From: Lingula anatina
Taxonomy: Eukaryota; Animalia; Brachiopoda
Assembly (NCBI GenBank): GCA_051362555.1
Contig: CM120648.1
Coordinates: 6,320,587 to 6,384,586 of the forward strand
DNA: 64,000 nucleotides
Reading direction: 5' to 3'
The position numbers were made by a program, and so were the translations under genes. The notes below the pieces were generated by a model. The model did no database searches. It was not told where the DNA came from and saw only the letters and a list, made by a program, of their open reading frames with translations. This document shows positions 54,235 to 64,000 of the stretch, one piece after another (position 1 is the first letter of the stretch; each line of letters begins with the position of its first letter).

Positions 54235-54726
54235 CTGTAGAAAATAAATATTGGTACAAGTATGTAAATTGAGTTACTTTTGCAGCTTTTATGAAGATAT
54301 ATTGCAATTAAGGGTTATTATAATATACATCAGCAAATCCAACATTTCTCTACCTGGCACTGTGGAATAGGCCACCAACATGTCTGCTTTCTGAATATGT
54401 CAAAAATGTTGAAAATAAATACTGATACTTGTATGTGAATCAAGCTTCATATGCAGCTGTATTTGAAAATATATCTCAAGGAGGAAGAATAAAATGTTTG
54501 TTGTCTATCTGGTGATAATGGATACACATTTTTATTTATTTGGGTCAAAACCTATGCAATGAAGATTTTACAAGTCATCCAATGGATATACAAGGTTATT
54601 GTTTTATTGCTTGAAACAGATAACAATACAATAACTATTTTAATTATATTAAGAGGCCATAACATAAAATACCCCAAGAAACAGCTGGTGACTCTCATAC
54701 TAGAATGGTTGACAAAATATACTTAC

Positions 54727-54946
54727 TTCCTCTACAGGCCTGAATAACAAACCACTTTGGTTTGCCTCTAAGGGCAGGGCAGTGGGCTCCATCAAAACAC
54801 TGGATCAGTTTGTCAATTTCCACTGGTTCATAGTCAGTGCCATATATAACATTTTGTTCTCCGTTACTAAGGAGAACCACAATGGTGGAATCTACATCTC
54901 TGTGGCCGTCTCTCATGGAAAATCCTTTGACGGCAATTTCCATTTC
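54727..54946 (-). CDS. Caspase large-subunit exon with QACRG; catalytic His replaced (SNG)
   Basis: CTTCAG acceptor and A|GTAAGT donor; 220 nt (phase 0 to 1). Encodes EMEIAVKGFSMRDGHRDVDSTIVVLLSNGEQNVIYGTD...FDGAHCPALRGKPKWFVIQACRG. Confidence 0.92.
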
Positions 54947-55597
54947 CTGAAGCGCCAGGTAAATTGTATGCAATAAGAACAATATGATGAAAATCAATAA
55001 AAATTATTGATGACAGTTGGGTGTACTTTCTTATTTGCCGAATCTGTTTAGAGAATTGTAATTGTCTATTTTTTACATGTGACATTTCTCACAAACCTTT
55101 GGAGTATTACATGCTTTTGCTATTTGCAAGCATTTTCAGAACTACATTAGAAATTAATATTAATTAAATTTTGAGATTAACATCAGTATTAATGCTTAAA
55201 GACTCTCTCAGTGGGTTAGACCTTTATATAGCAAAACCTGGATGTTACTATATTTATCGCCAAGACAGCCAAGATGGAGACATACTTTAGAGAAGTATGT
55301 CAAGCATGGTAAAAGATGCAGAAAAAAATAGCCACTCCAGTTATTGAATAATGGAATCTATGGAGAAGCCAGCACATTTTCTGTTGATAGTGAAGTGGCC
55401 CACTGGAAGAGGCTGAAAAAAGACTTATAATTTAATATCAAGTTTAAGGTACTGGGGCAAAACTGTCCCCCAACAAGTTATTATACTCTGTGGTATACTA
55501 GAGATGGTCTCAAGTTTATGCATGGCTATTATTTCAGTCCGTTCACAATATTTCTGGTCATACTAGTTGGTTGCATTGGAGGGTTTTTTGATACTTA

Positions 55598-58290
55598 TGT
55601 TATCTGGATTTGGTTTATGTAGGATTAACCTGTAATATCTTCACGACTGACTTTATTACTGAACCATGTGCTTCTGTCCTACATGCTCACTAGAGGGCAC
55701 ATTCCATGACAACCCCAACACTATAATCTACTACATGTACATTCCTTCCCCCTTTGTAAGTGTCACTTTTAGAGATTCCCAAATGAACTGATATAATGTT
55801 AAACACTAAAAAGTAGAACACCGTTAAGAAATTCCACAACACCAGTAGTAAAATAACTGAAAGAAAAAATGAACATAAACAGTTATGAACAAGTCTTTTA
55901 GGTCATGCAACAATTTTCTTTTTTTAAGACAGTGTAATTAATTTTCACAGTGTGTTTGAGTTCTTTGCTGCTTTGAATATTTACACATCAACAATAACTT
56001 TTGGTTTACTATTTCTCACTGGGTATCTGCTTTCAAAATTGCTAATTTTTACAGATTCGTCACCTGTATACAGTGACTCGAGTTTTTCCAGGTGCTGCTG
56101 AAATTTCCATTCATACTTTTCTCTACATTTATGTCACCAGTGTCAGTGACCAGACCGGTAGGCACTGGTGTGTCTGACACCTGTTTGGTTGTCATACCAA
56201 AATTCTAATTAATTACAGGCATCTCCACCATTGGAGATGAAAAACCTTTGAAAAACAATACTGGTCAAATGCAGGTATTATTTGGTCCACATGCACATGC
56301 TTAAGTCCTTTCTCAGTTTGTACTAGGTATCTCCTTGGGCCCAAAACTTTAATCACCGATCCAGTCAACCATATATCCAACTTGCTGCCAGTCATGTCTC
56401 TGACACGTTCACGGTCGTGACACTGAAAACAACTTTCTGGTGCTTTAAATTATCATGATGTTGTTTCTGTTGCATTCGTTTCTCCTCCACAACATCAGCC
56501 AAATTGGGTTTAAGAAGGCTGAAACGTGTGCGAATCTGTTGCTTAAGAAAAAATTCTGCAGGAGTTTTTCCTGTGGCAGTGTGAGGAGTAGATCTATAAC
56601 GCATCAAAAATTTGCAAATCTACGCTTTAATGACATATTTTTGTACTTCACATCATGCAAGTGTTTTTCCAATGCCCATTTCACAATTTTCACTGAATTG
56701 TCAGCAGACCCATTCGACTGGGGGTGGTAAGGTGGAACCAATGTTTGTTTGATGCCATTTTTTTTCAGAAACTTCTCGAATTTATTTAAACTGAACTGAA
56801 CTGCGGTCCACTATCAGATACCACTTCCTCAGGTAGTCCATATGATGCGATCTGTATTCTAAGTTCATCGATGGTGTGTTCGGCATCTTTATTAGGCATT
56901 GGTATCACTTTGAGCCATTTGGAATGTGCATCATGCACCAAAAGGAACGTTTTCCCTTCCTTGAAAAAGAAATCCAAATGAATACGGCTCCATGGCCTAA
57001 CTGGCCACTTCCAAGGGTATAATGATGACACTGGTGGCATGTTGCGCACAGACTGACATGCGCTGCATTCTCTCACCTTACATTCAATATAACTGTTTTA
57101 ATTTGGCCACCAAACATAACTCCTTGCTGTTGCTTTCATAGCGCACCCTCCAGGGTGCTCCCAGTGCAAATCCTCTAGCAGTGTTTGATGGTAGATCTCT
57201 GGTATCACAACACAGTTTCCCCACAAGATACACCCTTGCTCTGCAGAAACCTCATGTCTCCTGACATGATATGGTTTGAGTGTCTCTGAATCTAGATAAT
57301 CTGGCCAACCACTCATCATATAATCCATGACTTTGCTTAATACAGAATCTTTCTGAGTGGCCTCTGCTATGTCACTAGCAGTAAGTGGTAACTCAGTAGC
57401 TACTTCACATACATATATTGTGCAATCACTGCCAATTGATGACACCTCATGTGGTAAACGTGATAAACAATCTGCATTGCTGTGTAGTTCAGACTTGCGA
57501 TATTGGATGTCATAGTCATATGCTGACAGAATAATAGCCCACTGTTGCATTCTTGCTGCTGCGAGTGTAGGCACTCCTGTCTTTGGGCCTAGTATGGTAA
57601 GGAGTGGTTTGTGATCAGTCACTATAGAATCCGTTTTCTTCCATACAGATTCTGATGAAATTTTGTAACACCGGATATTATGCTTAGTGCTTCCTTTTCA
57701 ATCTGAGCATAGTTTCGTTCACTTTTGCTCAGAGTTCTTGATGCAAACGCTATTGGTTTTTCTGAACCGTTATCCATGATGTGACTTATGACTGCACCTA
57801 CTCCATATGCTGAGGCATCACAGTCGAGTTTTATTTTGCGTTGAGAATCATAGTGTATAAGCACTCTGTCATTGTTTAACTCACATTTGCATGCGTCAAA
57901 TGCCTTTTGACATTCCTCAGTCCATTTCCAATTGACATTCTTCTGCCTCAGTCTGTTTAATGGTGCAAGTGTGGTAGACATCGATGTCTTTGAAGAATGC
58001 ACCATAGTAGTTTACAAGTCCAATAATTCACTCGAGCTCCTGTACATTCTTGGGAACAGGTGCATCTCGAATAGCCATGACTTTCTCTGTAGGATGAAGT
58101 ACAGCTTTGTCCACCATACAGCCCAGATATTCAACTTTGGCTCCAGAAAGCTACACTTTACTCTCTTAGCCTTTACTCCATATCCATTCAATTGCTGTAA
58201 CACTTATGCAACCTTTTTGATATCTTCTTCCTGTTTACCATATACTTTTATGCCTTTGATCAAAACATCATCTTGTGAACAAATACGGTA
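55598..58290 (-). mobile_element. Decayed Ty3/Gypsy LTR retrotransposon (RT end, RNase H, integrase, PPT, short 3' LTR)
   Basis: Broken ORFs with QDDVLI (RT), DASAYGVGAVISH...IAFASRTLSKSERNYAQIEKEAL and TDHKPL (RNase H), H-x2-H-PG...CSAC zinc finger and SDSGPQF (integrase). Polypurine tract AAAGGGGGAAGGAA followed by TG at 55741. The LTR end near 55598 is approximate. Confidence 0.92.
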
Positions 58291-59708
58291 ATATGCCAAA
58301 CAATTTGACCAAGATTAATTAATTAATTTCATGGAAATGTCATTTTGGTACCCTTGGTTCTAGATTCCGGTATTGCCAGCTCGATCTTGATTTCATATAT
58401 AACCCATATCAGCAATACCAGGCTCTAGCGAACAGCAGCAACGTTCTTCTTCAAAATTCTGCCTGGGGCGCTTCCATATTTGGAAGTCACACGTCACAGC
58501 TTTGTCCGCCTGGATCCATATTTGGAAGTCATTAGTCTCGTACGTCACAGGTTTGGCCGCCTGGAGCTGCCTTTCCCGTCTTGCGCTGAAGTCTCGTGCA
58601 GGCGAGACAAAAGGAAATTAAAGTACCTGATGCGGAGTTAGAAGTTTGAATTGAAAATATCTTGCAGTCGAAGGTCAGTGCCACAATACAAGCAACATTC
58701 TGCTGTAAAAACTTATTTTCGTGTAGCTATTGCGCAGCCCTTATAGTGGTATCGCGCATACAGTGTAGCTGTCAAACAATGCACACGGCGTGTATATCTC
58801 AGGACTAAATGTTCTTTGATAAGCAAAAAATACAAAAACATTGAATATATCCTTTCTTTACGAAGAATATTATTTATTTTTCACTTTACATCTTAAATAC
58901 AGCAAATAAAATTAAATAAAGCTGACTTAAATTTGTTTTACGTTTCATTTGGGTCTGATGACATTCGACTGCAGATTCACTGCGGAGCAGTTCTATTTGA
59001 CTGACGTAAGCCTAACATGGCTGCTGTTCCTCAGAGCTAGCAGGGGGTGGAAACGCGCTACTTATATGATTAAGACGAGCCTAGCCGTCAGTACCGGATA
59101 TTGTTTTGTGACCTTGAGGAGCAATTTGGTTTGGTCGTTGCGGCAAGCATGAACAGTAGTTGAACTACCACACCTGGGTCTTTTGTTTTTGACAACTGTT
59201 CACTCGTCATCGAGGCACTTGTTCAAGACTACAGGCTGATATCTACTAGTACTACCAGTGGCTTCATTAGTAATGTTCCCACAATACTTAGTTTTCTGTC
59301 TGTGCGTACATACCCTGAAAAAAGCCAGCCTCGCTGACGAGAACAATGGACGTTTCTCACCCCTCTCTAGGATTACCCCTGGAGCTAGTAAAAATGACCA
59401 AGGTATATTTAATATTTACAAGCTAATTTTTACGTTGCTTTGACTTTCAGGGTACAGTTTGGTCGAATTGATTAAAATACAGCAAATGGAAACCTTTGAT
59501 ATCGTCGGATTGTTAGGGGCATCTGCCAAAACGTCCATCTTTCGGGAAGTATTGCATTTTACCGGAAGTGTTACGCAAGATGAGCCGCAATTTTCGCCTA
59601 ACACGTGTTTCAGGCATGTTTTATCCTCCTTCTGAAATCTTATTTTGCTGTGTACAATATGTACTAACATTACTTAACATTAAAAAAGACGACAATTATA
59701 ATTTTTAA

Positions 59709-61500
59709 CTAGAGGATCAGAGAGGCGATACCGCCTCCGGATATTGTACCACCAGCTGGAGTAAGCGCATTCAAATAGAACCACCCCTCCCCCCCCCCAA
59801 AAAAAAAAAAGAACACCATAACCAGTCTTGTCCTTGACAAGCTCTATGCAATTAACAAAAATTTTCAAAATATGCAGAAAAAAAAAATGAAAAAACATAA
59901 CATAAAAATGGTCCAATCAAGTGGATTTTCCAATTGGCCTGTATTTTCATAAACATTGATCACTCCTGTAATTTTCTAGACAATAGGCCTATTGGTTTTC
60001 CTTGAAATATGTTATCAGTGTTGCATATATGCTGACAAAAGAGAAAACGTAAGGGCAACACTGAGCATATCTCTGCTAGTTTTGAAGATTTGAGGGGCAA
60101 GAAAATATGCGAAGGTCAATTCATGGTATATGATTTCCTATTCAAGTTAAATAGTAGCTATGGTTATCTCCTTACTAATTTTGGAGATAAAGAGGCCAGA
60201 AAACATGCAAAAAGCAGTTCATCATACAAAGTAGGTCAAAGGTCAATTTCAAGGTCACAGATTGCCAGTATTTGATTTCCTGTTCAGGTTCAATAGTAAC
60301 TATGGGTGTATCTCTGCCAGTTTTTGAGATAAAAGGGAGAGAATTTTTGCAAAGTTCAGTTTATGGTGAAAAGTAGGTCAAAGGTCAATTTAAAGGTCAC
60401 AGTTAGATTGCCAACAGTAACTATGGACATATATCTGCCAGTTTTAGAGATGTGCGGGCCAGAAAACATGCACATTTCATCATAAAAAATAGGTCAAAGG
60501 TCAATTTCAAGGTCACAGTTAGACTGCCAGTATATGACTTCCTATTCAAGTTCAATAGTAACTATGGGCATATCTTTGCCAGTTTTGGAGATATAAAGAT
60601 CAGCAAACTTGCAAAGTGCAGTTCATCATGAAAAGTAGGTCAAAGGTCATTTTCAAGGTCACAGTTAGATTTTCAGTATATGACTTCCTATTCAAGTTCA
60701 ATAGTAACTAAGGGCTTATCTCTGCTAATTTTTGAGTAATTCACATTTTATTTTCACCACTGAATTTTGATTCTGAACTTTTTGATATAGTGCAATCAAA
60801 AACAAATAAATGGACACCACCCCCAGTGTTGCTCGTGACAAGTTCTACAAAATGCAAAAAACAAGAGGTCTTTAGCATTAACGGTTCCAGAATTAGAGAG
60901 AATTTTCAGTTTCGGCATCTAATGGCTGCTACTACCATGAAAATGCACCGATTGACCCCAAACTCACGAAAATGAAAGATGACCCTAAGGGTAACACCTG
61001 CCAATAATATTATAGGTAAGATCTGTTTTGTTTCTTAATATTGGCTGAAATAAAAGTTTTCTCGCAAAAAATTACCATTTTTAGAAAATTTTGGCCCATT
61101 TGACCTTGAAATAAAGGTCAAAGGTCAAATCCAAGGGCATATTTGAAATCCTCACATATGACTTTCGGTCAGCCATCCGTAGTAATTTTTCCCATAATTC
61201 CATTGGTTTGGGAGATATTTAGCATTGAATTTTCAAAATTTCTGACAAGGGTCCATTTCAACGAGCGTCATGCCCAGGTCAATGCACCAACTGAGACAAA
61301 AAAACCTGGGGGTTCAAGTTGAGATTATATGTGACCTAAATCCAAGAGATGCGGACACAGGTCCTTGTGGTCTAGGAGGAGAAGCGGTAACGGTGACTCG
61401 TATCCCATGTCATCATGCGGAGCCGCAGGAGCCGGCGGAGCTGTACGAGACGGGTCGGGGCTAAAACCATGAGTACCGCCAGCGTACACGCTGGTGGTAC
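59709..61500 (-). mobile_element. Helentron-type element family A (older subfamily)
   Basis: Both termini intact, with about 6 degenerate monomers. Confidence 0.85.
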
Positions 61501-61916
61501 TAATTATATATTTCCCTCACCTACGATCATTTTCATGATGCGCTTCACAAGTGGGACGAGTATTTCCCTGGAGACAGGTGTTGTAAACAAAGGCCGGTCA
61601 CTTATATTTGAAACCGGTGGCATTAGTGGACTTAAACTGGTTATGTGATTTACGTACGCCCTATTTGAATTTTAATATGACAACTGAAATCAACCGATTT
61701 GAATTTTTGTTACCAGTCTGAGATCAGTTGTTTTCAACCTGCAAGGCTTGCTCAGCGTTGAGGTGTAGACGTACCGTAGGGCCTGCGTACTTCTGAAGAA
61801 AATTCAATCATCCGTATCAAATAATACCAACTGGTACTCAAACGGAAATCAGTGTAACTTCAAATTACTTTTAAGTATTTTATTTAAAAAGCATATCATA
61901 TTAAAACGTATTGAGA

Positions 61917-63940
61917 CAAGATAGCAAAGCTGTCAAATGTACATACAAAAACACAAAATAACAAGGCAGCAAAGCTGTCAAATGTACAGACAAAAAACAG
62001 AAAATAAAGATGCAAAAAAGGTCATTTTGTCAATTTTGATGCATTAATAAATAATGCTTATAATAGCACTGCCAGTCAACACTGAATTTTAATCATGCAC
62101 AACAGGTAACATGGTCAATAACAGGAGCGGACCCTGAGATATTTTCTGACAGTATTCCAAAGTATCTATGTTGATCCATCCTCCACTTTGATGGTCTTCC
62201 AACAGAAAAAAATAGATACCAGTCAATATAAACTTAATAACTTGACTGTCTTCCGGAAGACCCAGAAGATGGTCTCAATCCACCCCTTCAATAAGATTAC
62301 AGTTTCAGGTCCATGAGAGACCAAAGTCGCACGATGAAAGTCTCAATATTTCAAAAATGATGAGAGTGAATAAAATAATATTACATAATGTTTAAAGACA
62401 TAAAAACAATACAACTGCTTCTGTGGAAAAACGGAAAATTTTGCAGAGCCTCGAGCGGATTTGAGTTAAAAGTCACAAATGCAAGTGTTTGAGAAAAAAT
62501 TATAAAGGAAAACATAACAAAACTAGAAAAGCACTCCGAGAGTGCAGACCTCTGCCAAGGCAGCAATTGTTGATCATTATTGATTGATAATTGAGCCAGA
62601 CCACCACCAAAACTAATCATTGGCCCACTTCTGACAGTTCCTGAAAATTTCAGCGAAAATCGGTCTATAACTTTTTGAGTAATGTTGATGACAGACAAAC
62701 AGGGGTGAAAATATAACCTCCTTTGCAGAGCCTGAGGTAAATATAATTCCAATGATGCTGCTATTCAAACTTTTCATCTTTGTGTTTGATATATATATAT
62801 ATATATATATAATTACCTGAATAATTTACCTCCATAATTATCACTGCTTCCTTATTATTAATCTAGCAGAGAGCTTAACCTTTGGGAGTTTACAGGGAGA
62901 TATCAACAAGTGTGCTTTATGTAATTTTAATTAATATTAATAATCAATTAGGCAAATGACTTTATAACTCAGAGCTCAGCTAATTGATACCCAAGGGAAA
63001 TTTACAGACTGACCCTCTCAAAGGCCTTTTAGGCCCATAAGTCACATCTTAAGAAAAGCACAAAACAAAATAGGAGACTACCAATTCTGATGCATTAATA
63101 CATTATGTTTAACTGCACAGTCAACATCAAATTTTAATTATGCACAACAGGTAACACCAACTAAAGTAGGAGCATAAGGCTTCAGGCCCATCAAAGTTCA
63201 AGTTTATACTAAGATAGTGCCAGAATGAGAAAAATGAAAATTTCACACAAAACTGCATAAATTATTCAATAATAAACAATAACCCAATTGACCTGGCTTT
63301 CTAATTTGAACTGCATGCCAATCCTTGAAATCATACTTGAAAGTTAAAAATAATAATAAGTAACACAATTTTCTTTTCATAATGTTTGCAGTAGCAGTGC
63401 AAAAAGATTGTTGTCAATTTTGATGTAACATTACATAATAAATTGTAGAATAATTATCACCAATTTTTGATTATTGACTATAAATAGCATGGACATGTAG
63501 AAAATTTGATTACCATTCGCCTTCATGTCCATGGGAGCTCTGAGTACCACTATGAATATGCCAAAAAGATAATGAATATTTCACTCAAATGTATAACTTC
63601 CAGAAAAAGAAGCAAATTAGACTGCTTTTCCAACTCAGGCTGCATTTTAGTTCAGTGTTTCTTTTTTAAAGGTTTGACAGTCATAAGTAACACAGTTTTT
63701 TTATAATGGTCATCATGGCAGCAGCACCAAAAATTGTGTTTTCTTCTATTTTGATACAACATTACATAATGCTTTACAGCAAAATGACCATCTATATTTT
63801 AATAATAGAATATTAGTAACATGGACATTTAGAAAATGTGACAAGCAAAGGTCTTGAGGATCATGGAACTTCAAAGACACACCTTGAAAATGCCAACATG
63901 TGAAAAATTAAATTTTCACAAAAAACTGTTTAACTGCCAA
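61917..63940 (-). mobile_element. Family B element(s), degenerate, with duplicated 3' end and nested family C copy
   Basis: CAAG(A/G)(T/C)AGCAAAGCTGTCAAATGTACA occurs twice (61917, 61962). 63700-63940 is reverse-complementary to about 22860-23100. Confidence 0.7.
62523..62738 (-). mobile_element. Short Helentron-type element family C
   Basis: Reverse-complement match to 26243-26474. Confidence 0.75.
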
Positions 63941-63943
63941 AAA

Positions 63944-64000
<57 letters not shown>

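Larger units (their letters stand above)
53273..54389. repeat. 332-bp tandem repeat (about 3.4 units), each unit = 213-nt exon + 119-nt intron
   Basis: Three near-identical ORFs offset by exactly 332 bp, plus a partial unit ending at 54389. Confidence 0.95.

Noticed and set aside
55598-58290. Active or domesticated Gypsy gene
   Set aside because: Multiple stops and frameshifts, with no gag or 5' LTR.

Overview
AT-rich, repeat-dense animal genomic DNA. The repeat families suggest a marine invertebrate, probably a lophotrochozoan or mollusc (inference). Two spliced apoptosis genes lie on the minus strand. (1) A complete IAP (BIR-BIR-UBA-RING, about 454 aa) has coding exons 17836-17066, 16675-16627, 16363-16241 and 9500-9079, and an unusual uORF-rich, A-rich leader. 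(2) The 3' part of an initiator-type (caspase-2/9-like) caspase has exons 54946-54727, a 213-nt linker exon, 45388-45279 and 41336-41229; its 5' exons were not found and probably lie beyond the window. The caspase has Asn where the catalytic His should be (SNG for SHG). Its frame-symmetric linker exon is present as four full spliceable copies in two variants (EATD/G vs KAMD/G candidate cleavage site) plus a fragment, and the array is split by a 1.6-kb foldback element. The rest consists of three families of nested Helentron-type non-autonomous elements (one carrying a 146-bp satellite rich in AGGTCA motifs), truncated LINEs, a decayed Gypsy element, MITEs, Penelope-type hammerhead ribozyme relics and microsatellites. 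All gene models were spliced by eye; no database search was run.
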